A stretch of DNA of 64,000 nt from a virus, in the IMG/VR virus record IMGVR_UViG_3300003177_000020, positions 1 through 64,000 of that record; one strand, written 5' to 3'. Below, one piece after another: positions 22,776 through 34,099 of the stretch. The notes beneath the pieces are model-generated. The model did no database searches and had not been told where the DNA came from. It worked only from the letters and a program-made list of their open reading frames with translations. Each line of letters opens with the position of its first letter. Position 1 is the stretch's first letter. Made by a program: the position numbers and the translations under genes.

Positions 22776-25350
22776 ATGAAACCGTCAAAGCCTGTATTCC
22801 TTGAGACAAGACCTCGTATTCCTGAACAGCATGATTGCTCTAAATGCCGACTGCACCGCAAAGTTGATGTGCCTTGCATGGATACATTATGGCGTGGTAA
22901 TGGTGCTATTTTGGCAGTCGGTGTGAATCCAGATCCTACAGATGATAAAGAGGGACTTCCGTTTTCTGGTGTGAAAGGAAAAAAGCTCGCATACTGCGCG
23001 GATCTGGCAGGTGTAGATGTTGAACAAATATCCCTTACAAATGTGGTGCGTTGTGCTATTGCAGGAAAAACCAAACCTAAAAAAGATCAATTGGTGGCTT
23101 GCGGTGGATACTTGCAATTTGAGATTTTTACAAAAAAACCAAAAGTGATCCTCGCTATGGGTGATCACGCTGCACAGCTTCTTTGTCCAGACTGGAATTA
23201 CACGGTGGATGTGTTGGGTAAGGATAAGCGTCAAAAAAAGAAACTCAAAGAATGGCGCGGATACCCTCAACGCTACACATACGAGGCTGCTGTAGATGGG
23301 AAGTATTACACACACACATGCTGGGTGATCCCGACATTCCATCCAAAATATTGTCTATCTAGTTGGGAACAAGATCCAATTTTAGCTTTCGATTTGAAAA
23401 CAGCATTTGATTATGTCAGTGGTGTTGAAAGCATTGTGAATCCAAATACAAAGATCACCGTGTATCGGGATCTTGCAAGCATTGAATCTTTGTTTTTGTA
23501 TCTGAAACAGAAGAAAACATATGTGCTGGATTTGGAAACAACAGGGTTGGATTTTAACAAAGACGAGATCATCAACATTTGTTTTTGCGCAGAAGAAGGC
23601 GATGCACATGTGATCCCATTGCTAAGTACATGCACTCCTGATATTCGGTATTCAAATTTTAATGAATGCGAGATCGAAGAACTGCGTAGCAAATTAGTGG
23701 ATCTATTTCTGCAAACGGAACTCATAGGTGCAAACATCAAATTTGACATCAAGTTTATGCGCACGTTTTTAGGTGGGTTCAACTCGTGGCGTATCTTTGC
23801 AGACACACAAATCATGCACCACATCGTACAGGAAAATCATCCTCACAATTTGAATTTTCTTACACAGTTTTATTTACGCTGGGAAAAATACGATGCTGAA
23901 ATTGATCATTTCAAAAAGCTGGATGAATTGAATTTATCCTATGCTCCCGAAGATTTGGTTTCCCGCTATGGTGGCACAGATGTCGATGGTACTTTGCGGG
24001 TGTATAATATTCTCAAAAAGATCATAGAAGATAAAAAACTCACTAAGGTCTTTCGTATTGAAATGGGGCTGTTGCTTCCTCTCGCAGATTTGGAGTGGGT
24101 GGGTGTTCATGCTTCAAGATCAACACTTTCAGATTTGGCTATTCGGTACAAAAAAGAAAAAGAAAAAAGTATCAAATACCTGAAGCGAAAGCATCGCGAG
24201 ATATTTGGAGTTGATGCATCTGAAACATTCAACCCTAACAGCAACGAAACAAAGAGTGGGCAGTATATGCTGGACAAGTTGGTGTTGAAAGATCTGGTTG
24301 TGAAAGGTGGCGTTCCTGCAACCATCGCAAAGCATGTGCAGCTGATCCGAAAATACACCAAATACATCTCAACCTATTTAGAGGGTAAGGATGGTGATGG
24401 TGGCATCCTAAAACGAATATCATCTGTAGATCGCATACATCCAGACTACAATATCACGGGTGCGCGGACTGGACGCCTTACAGAAAAGGTGATGGCCTGA
24501 CAATCCTGAAACAGATGTGTTTTTGAGTGTGGATTATTCCAAAATGGAATTACGGGTTATGGCTTGGCTTGCGAATGAAAAATTGATGCTTGACGAGTTG
24601 CAATCGGATATTGATTTGCATACCAAGATGGCGGTCACTGCGAGGCTTATGCGTAATCCTACGGACGAGGAATATTATGCGATCTCTCCTGACGTAACAT
24701 CAAATGAACGTGCGATTGCAAAAGGTGCAAATTTTGGCATTCCATACGGTCGCGGTGCAGGTTCCATTGTTGCTGAGAATCCTAATTCATTCCCTGCGAA
24801 AATGAAGCACTGGGATCGCATCAAACAGGTTGATCGGATCATTGATGCCTACTATGAAAAATATCCAAACATTTATTCATACATGGAAAAGCAAAAAAGG
24901 ATTGCACATAAACGCATGTGGTTGCGCTCATCACAGACAGGCAGAATAAGAAACCTGTATGGTATGCGTTGGTTCAAATCGGAATTTGCAGAAGACTTGG
25001 ATAAATTTGAGAAAAGATTGATGCAAGGAGATATTGAACACATTGAACGGGAAGCCCAAAATTATCAGATACAAGAAATCGCTTCATCTATTTTGGCAAC
25101 ACAAACACGCATTGTTTACGATGCAATCCAAACACGACAACTAGGCATTCGGAATTTCAGGATCGTGCTAAGTATTCACGATCAACTTTTATTCAACTGC
25201 CACCGTGAGGACATTCAAAAAGCAGAAGTATTCGCACGGCAGCATATGGAAATTGTTCTGCCGAAAACAAAAAAGCAGAAGTACGAAATACCGATAACAG
25301 TTGATTCCGTGGTGCAGCGGGTATGGGGAGAGAACGAATACAATGACTGA
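22776..25350 (+). CDS. polA: Family A DNA polymerase with N-terminal UDG-like domain and 3'-5' exonuclease (broken near 24497; probable in-frame gap near 24243)
   Basis: UDG4-like CxxCxL, TNVVRC, PTFHP; Exo I DLETTG; TGRL; motif A DYSKMELR, motif B RAIAKGANFGIPYG, motif C IHDQ. Confidence 0.92.
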
Positions 25351-25963
25351 TTACAATGAGCATCAAATGCTTGAAAGTCTAAAAATCGGATCGGATCTTG
25401 ATTTGGAATTTAGGACAACACCCGCATACCTAGCACGATGGGGGTTTCAAAAAGCATCTTACCACGCAGAAGTAAGACGGGCAGAGGAAGATTTGGATCT
25501 TGTTTGGGCTAGGTTGTACAGCGAATACAAGCAGGATAATCCAAACTCAAAAGAAAACGAAGTGAAAGCACATGTGATGCTCCATCCAGATCACAAATTA
25601 GCTCGCGGTGTATTGCGAAAAGCTGTGTATGATTTGGATATGTTACGCGCAGCAATTAAGGCTGCGGAAGCCAAAGTGTCGATGCTGCAACAACTAGGTG
25701 CAGCAAGCCGTGTGGAAAAAGGTGCATATCAAAATGCCTACGGTGCAGGTTCTTCAAGATCAAAAGATGATCGTGGCGGACGCAAGCTATCGCAAAGTAG
25801 GGATGCACATATGGTTGAAACTATTACGGAAAAGGCACAAACAGTTAGTGCAAAAATACGCAGAAGAAGGAGGGTTGATCCAGAAAAATTGAAGAAAGCA
25901 GAAGAAGAAAGACAACGCAAAATAAGACAAGCAAGCAAAAGAATTGAAAACAAATCAAAGTGA
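25343..25963 (+). CDS. UvsY-like recombination mediator
   Basis: Helical protein with ENEVKAHVMLHPDH; located between polymerase and SSB. Confidence 0.5.
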   Translation: MTDYNEHQMLESLKIGSDLDLEFRTTPAYLARWGFQKASYHAEVRRAEEDLDLVWARLYSEYKQDNPNSKENEVKAHVMLHPDHKLARGVLRKAVYDLDMLRAAIKAAEAKVSMLQQLGAASRVEKGAYQNAYGAGSSRSKDDRGGRKLSQSRDAHMVETITEKAQTVSAKIRRRRRVDPEKLKKAEEERQRKIRQASKRIENKSK

Positions 25964-25973
25964 GGATTCCGTT

Positions 25974-26775
25974 ATGGCTACACGCAGAAAATTTGATCGC
26001 AAGCACATCAAAAAGAAACAAGAAGAAATCCGCAACCGCAACGAATCGATTTATTTGGAACTTCAGAAAAACACATGGGAGCATGTTTTTGTACTTCCAC
26101 CTTGGAGTGATGAGGGGCAAATTTGGAAGGAAGTCGAAAAACATGGAATGCACGTTTGCCCGAAAAAACTGGGTGTTCGCGAGTGTGTGATCTGCAAAGA
26201 AATGAAAAAGCAAAGCAAAAAAGGGAATGTGGATTTTGTGAAAGAGATGCGTTTGCGTCCTGTTGCATTTCTCAATGTGATCCGAACAAAAGATGTGGAG
26301 TCCGAAAATCCAGAAGAGCGCATCAAAATCCTACGCTTATCTGCACGTCTGTTCGAACAGTTGGTGGATTATTTGGAAGATGAAGATGTGGATATTACAG
26401 AGTTGGAAGCTGCGATTCCTGTGGCGATCAAAAAGAAGCAAACAGGTGGCTGGCGCACGATTCGATATCAAGATTTGCGATTCGGAAAAACAGAAGACAT
26501 CAGCGAATACATCACAGATGAAGTGCTGGATGAAGGGCTACATGATCTGGATACCATCCGAGGTGCTTTGCCTTCTTCCGATAAAGAGATGCGCAAAACA
26601 ATCAAAGAATTACTTGGTGGCGGTTCAGGTTATGACGACGACGACGATGATGATCTGGATGATGACTTTGATGATGATGACGACAGTGGCTTCCCATCCA
26701 CAAAAGATGTGCAGCGCGGATCGAAAAAATCAGATGATCTGGACGACGATGACGATGATGATCTGGATGATGAAA
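25974..26775 (+). CDS. Single-stranded DNA-binding protein (gp32-like); native stop apparently missing
   Basis: VLPPW, CP...CVIC and a long Asp-rich tail that runs into intergenic-looking sequence. Confidence 0.7.
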
Positions 26776-26808
26776 CACAAACACTATTTGAAACAAAAAG
26801 GAACCAAC

Positions 26809-27645
26809 ATGCTTATTGTCGTGGATATCTCAGGAATTTTATTTGCATCTGCTTTCGCATCACGCAGAACAAAAAACGGTAGTGTGATCGATGGTACGCT
26901 TCAGGCTGTTGGTTCTTTGTTTCAAAATTATCAACCTGATGAAATGGTTATTTGTTGGGATGCAGGACATTCAGGTCGGCACTTTATCCTTCCAGAATAT
27001 AAAGGATCGCGCAGAACGGATACTGAGATCCGTGATCTGATAGTTGAAAAGGAAGATTTGATTTTTGAATGCTTGGATTGCTTACCCGTGAAAAACTTAC
27101 GTGTGCGTGGATTTGAAGCTGATGATTTGATAGGTGAAGTTGTATCCTACGAGCGCGATGATTTTGCGATCATCATTTCAAACGACCGAGATCTGTACCA
27201 ACTGGCAAACCACAACACCAAGCAGCACACGTTGTACAGCGATCCAGTTACAATGGGTATCAAACCAAAACAAGTCGTGATGTACAAATCAATTGTTGGT
27301 GATGTTTCGGATAACGTCAAAGGCATCACAGGTATTGGTGAGAAAAAAGTCAAAGGTGTGATCGCGCAACACAAAAGCATTACGAGATTGATCAAACACC
27401 TAAAAGAATCAAACGAACGTTTCGGTAGAATGGACGCGCAAGAAGCAATTGATCGATTACAGCGCAATCAAGACTTGATGACTTTGGATGGTCGACTGCT
27501 TCCGCAACACATCAAAGAGGAAATACGGAAACAATACACAGCACCGATACAATCTGATTTTCAAGAACTGCATCGGTTGTTTACAGAGAATAATTTGAAA
27601 AAGTTACTGCGCAGATTTGATCGTTTCGTGTCGCAGTTTGAATAA
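26809..27645 (+). CDS. 5'-3' exonuclease / flap endonuclease (T4 RNase H-like)
   Basis: IVVD, YKGSR, EADD, SNDRDLYQL and GDVSDNVKGITGIG; AAGGA RBS before ATG 26809. Confidence 0.92.
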   Translation: MLIVVDISGILFASAFASRRTKNGSVIDGTLQAVGSLFQNYQPDEMVICWDAGHSGRHFILPEYKGSRRTDTEIRDLIVEKEDLIFECLDCLPVKNLRVRGFEADDLIGEVVSYERDDFAIIISNDRDLYQLANHNTKQHTLYSDPVTMGIKPKQVVMYKSIVGDVSDNVKGITGIGEKKVKGVIAQHKSITRLIKHLKESNERFGRMDAQEAIDRLQRNQDLMTLDGRLLPQHIKEEIRKQYTAPIQSDFQELHRLFTENNLKKLLRRFDRFVSQFE

Positions 27646-27660
27646 GAAAGGCAGGAAAGA

Positions 27661-28590
27661 ATGGCAGCAAAAAAAGAAACTACCAGAAAGAGAAGAACCA
27701 AAAAGGAAGAAGCTCCCAAGAGTAACAGACTCGCAAAGTTGGCAGATCGTTTGAGTGAATCGTTAGGGAGTGAAAGCTTCCATCTTGGTGGTAGTGGTTT
27801 GTGTTCTCCACGAATATATATTCCTTCTTTGATCCCAGATTTGGATCAAGTGCTTGATCGTGAAGGTCGCGGATGGGCTGGTGGCAGAATTGTTGAATTG
27901 TACGGTGCGTCCGCAACATCCAAAACAGGTATTGGATATGCACTAGGTGCAAGCTGCCAACAACAAGGTGGTGACTTCATTTTGATACCTGCAGAGGGTA
28001 ACGTGGATGAGTGGTTGTTACGTCAATATGGTGTTGATCTTGATACGCTCTTGATTGTGGATAAAAACACTGTTGAGGAAATATTCTTTTTTGTGAAGAA
28101 AGTTCTGGAAGATACAGAAACTCCAACAGTGATCATGATCGATTCTTTGGCAGGGATGTGTACCAAAGAAGAATTTGAAAGCGATACGTTCGAACGGGAT
28201 CGTGCAGCACAACTCCGAGCATTTTTGACTTCAAAAGCACTTCGCAAAATATCCACAATCGTACCAAAAACAAACACGATTCTTTTTATGATCAATCAAG
28301 TTCGTGAGGGTGCAACAGTGGGAGTGCTGAAACAAAAAGACAAACCTACAGGTGGGCACGCCATTGGATTCTATTGTGATATCCGCATTCGCCTAGAAAA
28401 TATCGGAAGGATCAACAGAACAAAAGCAGGGAAGAAATACGTGGCTGGTTTCAAACTCCGTGCAACTGCTGAAAAGAATCGTCTTGCGGAACCATTCGCA
28501 ACCAGTGAGTTCATGCTGGACTTTGATAAAGGTATGTCTTCGATGCCTGAAAAGAAAACCAAGAAAAAAAGTGCAGGTGGTGAAACATGA
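27661..28590 (+). CDS. recA: RecA/UvsX recombinase
   Basis: GRIVELYG, IDSLA, INQVRE, GGHAIGFY and KNR. Confidence 0.9.
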   Translation: MAAKKETTRKRRTKKEEAPKSNRLAKLADRLSESLGSESFHLGGSGLCSPRIYIPSLIPDLDQVLDREGRGWAGGRIVELYGASATSKTGIGYALGASCQQQGGDFILIPAEGNVDEWLLRQYGVDLDTLLIVDKNTVEEIFFFVKKVLEDTETPTVIMIDSLAGMCTKEEFESDTFERDRAAQLRAFLTSKALRKISTIVPKTNTILFMINQVREGATVGVLKQKDKPTGGHAIGFYCDIRIRLENIGRINRTKAGKKYVAGFKLRATAEKNRLAEPFATSEFMLDFDKGMSSMPEKKTKKKSAGGET

Positions 28591-29726
28591 AAATCGCATT
28601 TATTGGCGACACACATCTTGGGAGATCTGTTCACGGGTATGATATGACACCGCATATCCAACAGCAGATGGACGCCTTCTTTGATTTTTGCGTGAAGCAT
28701 GAAGTTGATATGGCGATCCATTTGGGGGATTTATTTGATACTCCTAAACCAAAAGACACCCATCAAAGGATCGCAATTCAGTGGGCAAAAAAGTTTGATG
28801 CTGAAGAAATACAATTGTACTTGCTTGTTGGGAATCACGATTGCATTGCTCGCAAAGATTATCCCACAGCACTTGAATTGTTGAAAGCAATTGATTTTGA
28901 AAATGTGCGCGTTGTTGATCAAGCACGGATGGATCTCATTGGGCATTCAAATAAAGATTTGTATTTGCTTTCGTTGCCATTCCCATCGGCAGGTTTGATT
29001 GAAAACCACAAACAATGGCGGGATAGTATTTTTAAGTTACTACATAAAAAGCCACATGATGCACCGTTTATTTGTGTTTCGCATTTGAATGTAGGTGGCG
29101 CATCACTTGGAAATCAAAACTGGGTGTACAGGGGAAAAGATTTTGCTGTCCCTGATTTTGGTATTGAAGAAAAAAACCTGCAAATAATTGTGAATGGACA
29201 TATCCATAAGCACCAATTGTTACCTTCAACATTATGTCTTGGCGCAGCACTACCATTGACTTTCGGTGAGATAGAAAATCCAGCAGGGTTTTTGATATAT
29301 GATACGGTCGAAGAAGACTCACAATATTACACTGCTGATCCTGATGTTGCTCTTTACGATTTGAAGCTGGACGTCACCACTGCAACAAATGGTGAGCCTA
29401 TTGGCACACAGAACATTTTGTTTTTGATCGATATGCTAGATCTCAATGGTAAGCTGGTGAAGCTGCAGCCAGTTATTGATTTGGAATCTACAGTAGACTG
29501 GGATCGTGTTGTTGCGTACCTACAAGAAAAAGGTGCGACACATGTTATTGCTGAAATACCAAAATTTGATTCACCGCAACTGGCAGAAAAAATATCCTAC
29601 ATTGGGAACCAGCATGAGCTTGTGGATGAGTATCTTTCGTCTTTCGATCTTGGTGATAAAAAAGGTGTGATCACGCAAGCATTCCAAAAGGTACTCGGCA
29701 TTCATTCCAAAACAAAAAACAATTAA
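28587..29726 (+). CDS. sbcD: Mre11/SbcD nuclease
   Basis: DTHLG, GDLFD, GNHD and GHIHK. Confidence 0.92.
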   Translation: MKIAFIGDTHLGRSVHGYDMTPHIQQQMDAFFDFCVKHEVDMAIHLGDLFDTPKPKDTHQRIAIQWAKKFDAEEIQLYLLVGNHDCIARKDYPTALELLKAIDFENVRVVDQARMDLIGHSNKDLYLLSLPFPSAGLIENHKQWRDSIFKLLHKKPHDAPFICVSHLNVGGASLGNQNWVYRGKDFAVPDFGIEEKNLQIIVNGHIHKHQLLPSTLCLGAALPLTFGEIENPAGFLIYDTVEEDSQYYTADPDVALYDLKLDVTTATNGEPIGTQNILFLIDMLDLNGKLVKLQPVIDLESTVDWDRVVAYLQEKGATHVIAEIPKFDSPQLAEKISYIGNQHELVDEYLSSFDLGDKKGVITQAFQKVLGIHSKTKNN

Positions 29727-29744
29727 TTCTGCGAAAGGTAAGTC

Positions 29745-29963
29745 ATGAACGTGAAAATACCACCAACAGGGACGATACCTGTGCGGATGGATAAGATTAT
29801 CCGCGAAACAAAATCGTTGTATTTGCTGCGAGATAAGCAGAAACGCATTTTATGGGTGCCAAAAAATCAAGTGCTTTTAGACTCCAGTAGGCATTTGGTT
29901 TTTCATATCAACGTCGAATTTGCAGCACAAAACAGCATTGTATCAAACGTGGTGATCCGATGA
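29745..29963 (+). CDS. Hypothetical protein
   Basis: RBS; translationally coupled to sbcC. Confidence 0.5.
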   Translation: MNVKIPPTGTIPVRMDKIIRETKSLYLLRDKQKRILWVPKNQVLLDSSRHLVFHINVEFAAQNSIVSNVVIR

Positions 29964-31741
29964 TCATTCAAAAAATAATCTTGCACAACTTCATGGGCTA
30001 CAAGGGCACAACGAATATTGATTTTTCAGGGAAAAAGATCATTGCTATTTGTGGGAAAAACGAGAGTGGTAAAAGCTCAATACTACAAGCAATTTCTTAT
30101 GCTTTGTTCGGTAAAACACGCGCTAAAAAGGAAACACAACTCATACATGCTGACGCAGATGCTATGTTTGTGGAGTTGCATTTTGATCTGGATGGTGTGG
30201 TGTATTGGGTGCGTCGTGGTCGGGATAGCGATAACAAAGCCTCTATCCAGACTTCATTCACATCGGAAGTTGCCAAACCTTCGCAAGTGACCGCGCAGTT
30301 GAAAGATATTCTGCGGATTGAATATGACGATTTTCAAGCTCTGTTGTATTTCAAACAAGGTGATATTCATCAGTTCATGAGTGGCAATAAAAAAGCATTC
30401 TTCCAGCGGTGGGCATCAGGCTTACGGTTATGGGCAGAATACAAAGAGATCGCAAAGCATGAAGCAGCCAGTATTCAGTCAGATATTGAGACTCAAAAAT
30501 TGAAAATAGAGGCTGCACTCCAAATCCGAAATAGAGAGTCAAGTATCCTAACGTCTTTTTTGGAGTATGAACAACAAGCAAATGCAGCCTATGAGCTATT
30601 GCTTGAACTGCAGCAACAATACCACTCTGCAAAACAAGAAGCAGCGGATCTTGGCACACCTGCATCTATCGAAATGAAAATAGATGATTTGCAGGAATCC
30701 ATGCGATCCGTTGATAAGAAAATGCATTTCGCAAAAGACAAAGGATTGCGACTCAAATCACAAATTGAATCTAGCACCAAAGGTATGTGTCCTGTGATCC
30801 CGAATACCAAATGCGATCAATTGCGGAATCACAACGCAGAAATTGTTGAACGTATGGCAGATGATCTCAATTTTTACCGTGCAGAATACATTGAAAAGAA
30901 AGCAGAGTACACGAGACTGTTTGCGGAAGTCGAAAAGCTAAAGCAGGATTTGCAGCAGATTGAAGATCATCCTGTAATCAAACAACTCACGGTGGCACAT
31001 GCAGCATATAAAGAAGCAAAGAAAAAGCACAAAATAATGCAAACACAATTTGCATCGGTGCAGCAAGAAAAAGAACAGCTTTTGCAATCCAAAAAGAACA
31101 TAGCTGAAGCACGTAAAACAATCGCAAAACTAGAAAAGGATTTGTGGGTTTGGAATTTTGTGCAGATCATGTGTGGCGACTCTGGTATTCCATCAAAAAT
31201 AATGGAGATCGAGATCGCGCAAGTTGAACACAAATGCAACTGGGTTCTTGAAAAGTTGGGTTACAAAAAACGAATACAATTCAAGCCATACAAAGAACTT
31301 TCTGCCTACGAAAAGGTGTGTTCATGCGGGGCGTCTGGTTGGAAGAAACAGCAATGCACAACTTGCGGATCGAAGCGCAAAAGAAAACGCAAAAATGAAC
31401 CCACAGTGTCAATCGTGGACGGTGCTAGTATTCGACCGTTTGAACTGGAAAGTGGTGGTGCGCAGGTGATTCAATCTTTTGCGGTGCGCCTTGCTTGTTC
31501 CTTGTTTCTATCCAGTATGCTGCATGTGCGATACAAGTTTGTTTTGCTTGATGAAGTCTTCGCAATGTTGGATCGGGATAACAGGCAAACACTGATGGAG
31601 TTGATTCTTGATAAGCTGGGATCGGTTTTTGGACTGGAGCAGCAATTTGTGGTTTCGCACCACGAGGACATCGTAAATTCTGTGGAGCATATTCTCCTTG
31701 TAGAAAAAAAGAATGATGTTTCTAAAGTGCGGTGGTTGTAA
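29960..31741 (+). CDS. sbcC: Rad50/SbcC ATPase
   Basis: GKNESGKS, Q-loop, coiled coil with CP..C hook, ESGG, LDEVF..LD and SH. Confidence 0.92.
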   Translation: MIIQKIILHNFMGYKGTTNIDFSGKKIIAICGKNESGKSSILQAISYALFGKTRAKKETQLIHADADAMFVELHFDLDGVVYWVRRGRDSDNKASIQTSFTSEVAKPSQVTAQLKDILRIEYDDFQALLYFKQGDIHQFMSGNKKAFFQRWASGLRLWAEYKEIAKHEAASIQSDIETQKLKIEAALQIRNRESSILTSFLEYEQQANAAYELLLELQQQYHSAKQEAADLGTPASIEMKIDDLQESMRSVDKKMHFAKDKGLRLKSQIESSTKGMCPVIPNTKCDQLRNHNAEIVERMADDLNFYRAEYIEKKAEYTRLFAEVEKLKQDLQQIEDHPVIKQLTVAHAAYKEAKKKHKIMQTQFASVQQEKEQLLQSKKNIAEARKTIAKLEKDLWVWNFVQIMCGDSGIPSKIMEIEIAQVEHKCNWVLEKLGYKKRIQFKPYKELSAYEKVCSCGASGWKKQQCTTCGSKRKRKRKNEPTVSIVDGASIRPFELESGGAQVIQSFAVRLACSLFLSSMLHVRYKFVLLDEVFAMLDRDNRQTLMELILDKLGSVFGLEQQFVVSHHEDIVNSVEHILLVEKKNDVSKVRWL

Positions 31742-31755
31742 GGAGAAAATAAGAA

Positions 31756-33093
31756 ATGGGAACGGAAACAAAAAGCAAAAAGCTGTATTCTGATAACGCC
31801 AAAGTGATGGAACTAGATCCAAATGACATTTTGATTTCGTGGCGTGCCAGACGCGACTTCGGAGATATAAAAAGTCTGGCAGAAGATATTCAAACAAACG
31901 GGCAAATAGAACCGATTGCTGTTTCTCGTATGGATGGAGGGTGGTTGGTGGTTGCAGGTTTACGCAGAGCACAAGCGTGTGCATATGCAGGGATTTTGGT
32001 CAAGGCTATTGAAATCCACACTACAGATCATTCGCACCTGCTCCATGTTCAATTCAGTGAGAACTTTTCCCGTAAGAATTTCTCTTTGTTGGAAGTTGGC
32101 GAAGCGATCAAAAAGCTGCAAGCCACCTATAAAAAATCAAACCAAGAGGACAAATCATCCACCGCATTTATCAAGGCAGCCAGTGAGCAATTAGGGTGCA
32201 GCCCATCAACGATACGCGATATGCTGAAAATTGCAGAGATGCCACAGCTTGTAAAACAGAAGATCATATCTGCTGGATCAACAAAACAACAAAACAAAGT
32301 GGCTCGCAAAGAACTGGCAGCCAAAAGAAAGACTGACAAACGAAAGAAACAACAACAAAAGGTATCTGCCATCTTACAGCACCGCAAAACAAATGCAGAT
32401 CAATACAAATATTTTTTGTACAATGAAAGCTACAAAAAGATGCTGCGAAGACTTCCCAAAGAGTTTTTTGATCTTGTGCTTACAGATCCTCCATTCGAGT
32501 TGTGTTGGTCGGAGGTTTCGCACGATACCAGAAAAGATATCAATGAAAGTTTGTATTGGGATCAACTTGATCTTTCTTGGGTTGATGATGTGATCCCGTA
32601 TTTGCAGAAAGATTCTTCTGTGCTGGCATTTTGCAGCGCGGAGTTGATCGGATCATACAAGCAGAAATTTGAAAGTGCTGGCTTGAAATGGCGTGGGCAT
32701 ATCGCATGGCATAAAAGCAATCCATGCCCAGTACACCGCAATGTATACGCTTCAAGCATGGAATACATCGTGTGGGCTTCTAAGGGATCACCGTATTTCG
32801 AAGCGTGGGAAAATGCAGGTACTCTGGAATGCCACAACTTCAAACAGTATCCAACATGCAGCGGGAGTATTCGGAACCACCCGACACAGAAACCGATTGC
32901 ACTTTTGGAAGAATTGTTACTGCGCCATTCTTTTCCTAAAGCAAGAGTCCTTGATCCTTTCGGTGGATCATTTTCTACCGTGGCAGCGTGTCTAAAACAT
33001 GATCGTGAATGTCACAGTTCCGAGATTGATAACGACTATTTTGAAGATGGAAAACTACTTGTAGCCTCCGTGTTATCGGAGTTGATCGCATGA
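31756..33093 (+). CDS. ParB/Srx-domain fused beta-class amino DNA methyltransferase
   Basis: LAEDIQTNGQIEPI, VAGLRR, ENFSR and HTH, followed by DPPF, HPTQKP and LDPFGGS. Confidence 0.9.
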   Translation: MGTETKSKKLYSDNAKVMELDPNDILISWRARRDFGDIKSLAEDIQTNGQIEPIAVSRMDGGWLVVAGLRRAQACAYAGILVKAIEIHTTDHSHLLHVQFSENFSRKNFSLLEVGEAIKKLQATYKKSNQEDKSSTAFIKAASEQLGCSPSTIRDMLKIAEMPQLVKQKIISAGSTKQQNKVARKELAAKRKTDKRKKQQQKVSAILQHRKTNADQYKYFLYNESYKKMLRRLPKEFFDLVLTDPPFELCWSEVSHDTRKDINESLYWDQLDLSWVDDVIPYLQKDSSVLAFCSAELIGSYKQKFESAGLKWRGHIAWHKSNPCPVHRNVYASSMEYIVWASKGSPYFEAWENAGTLECHNFKQYPTCSGSIRNHPTQKPIALLEELLLRHSFPKARVLDPFGGSFSTVAACLKHDRECHSSEIDNDYFEDGKLLVASVLSELIA

Positions 33094-33791
33094 GTTCACC
33101 TACACCACAGCACTCGCCATTCTTGCATATAGGAATTGATCAATCTTTGAATGGATCTGGTATTGCTGCTGTGTTCCAAGGTGCAGTTGTATCTTTTGAA
33201 GCATTTACAACAGTGCAGAGGAATGCGAGAAACAGCCCTAATTTGCATTTTTTCAAGTCAATCGACCATTCTATGGCATCAAGGATAGAACGCGTCGAAT
33301 TTGTATCTAAATGGCTTTTACAGCGGATTGTATATCTTCGCCACAAATTTGGTGTTCCTGCCTATGTTGGAATTGAAGGTTACGCGATGAATAAAAAGTC
33401 TAATCGCTTTTCAGATCTTTGTGAGCTTGGTGGTGCTGTAAAACTGGGGTTGTTTCAAAATAACATCCCGTATCAAGTCTATGCTCCTCCGACTTTGAAA
33501 AAAGTATTCACAGGTAAAGGCAATGCCAAAAAGCCACAAATGATCGCAGCATGTGAATCACTTACAGGAATTGATCTTTCTGCGTATGGTAAGTCAGCAG
33601 AAGATTTAGCCGATGCGATCTTAATTGCGAAGATGTGTGAATATCATGTGCTTGCGCGGATGTTACCCGATGTCGAAATTCCGATGTCGATAAAAAAAGA
33701 ATTGCATACACCACAAAAAAACAACCTCCCAATATGCAAACGTGAATTTATCCTGCGAGGACAACACCCCAGATACAGACAGTTTGATTGA
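33090..33791 (+). CDS. ruvC: RuvC-like Holliday junction resolvase
   Basis: IGIDQSL, IEGYA, LKKVFTGKGNAKK and DLADA. Confidence 0.85.
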   Translation: MSSPTPQHSPFLHIGIDQSLNGSGIAAVFQGAVVSFEAFTTVQRNARNSPNLHFFKSIDHSMASRIERVEFVSKWLLQRIVYLRHKFGVPAYVGIEGYAMNKKSNRFSDLCELGGAVKLGLFQNNIPYQVYAPPTLKKVFTGKGNAKKPQMIAACESLTGIDLSAYGKSAEDLADAILIAKMCEYHVLARMLPDVEIPMSIKKELHTPQKNNLPICKREFILRGQHPRYRQFD

Positions 33792-33799
33792 GGCACGAT

Positions 33800-34099
33800 A
33801 TGGCACGTAAACTGAGTGATGCGAAAAAGCAAAAGATTTGTGGTTTGATTTCGTACATCCGATATCGATTGAAGATTGATAACCCGATGCCTGTCGAAGT
33901 ACGCTTGCACGGGTCAAATTTGGATGAGGAACAAATTATCACATATCGAAACTTTGATTGTCCCGCGTATGACAGCTGCGTATATATCGCGGGTATTTCG
34001 GGATGGCAATGGATGTCCTGCCGTGCGTGTGCAGAATTTACAGCGCAGCACCATACACCAATTTTTAGAAAAGAAAGGGTTACAGAAGATGATCACTAG
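33800..34099 (+). CDS. Small Cys-rich (putative Zn-binding) protein
   Basis: RNFDCPAYDSC...SCRAC. Confidence 0.5.
   Translation: MARKLSDAKKQKICGLISYIRYRLKIDNPMPVEVRLHGSNLDEEQIITYRNFDCPAYDSCVYIAGISGWQWMSCRACAEFTAQHHTPIFRKERVTEDDH

Noticed and set aside
739-24500. TGA recoding (five broken ORFs end in TGA)
   Set aside because: The continuations are in different frames, so read-through would not join them. Many intact genes here also end in TGA.
630-24520. Programmed frameshifts or introns at the gene breaks
   Set aside because: No shared slippery heptamer and no extra intervening sequence; conserved residues are missing rather than displaced.
26630-26775. GAT/GAC repeats
   Set aside because: These encode the acidic SSB tail.
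26293-26808. 172-aa N-terminal extension of the 5' exonuclease
   Set aside because: It is an off-frame reading of the SSB gene; the real start is ATG 26809 with an RBS.
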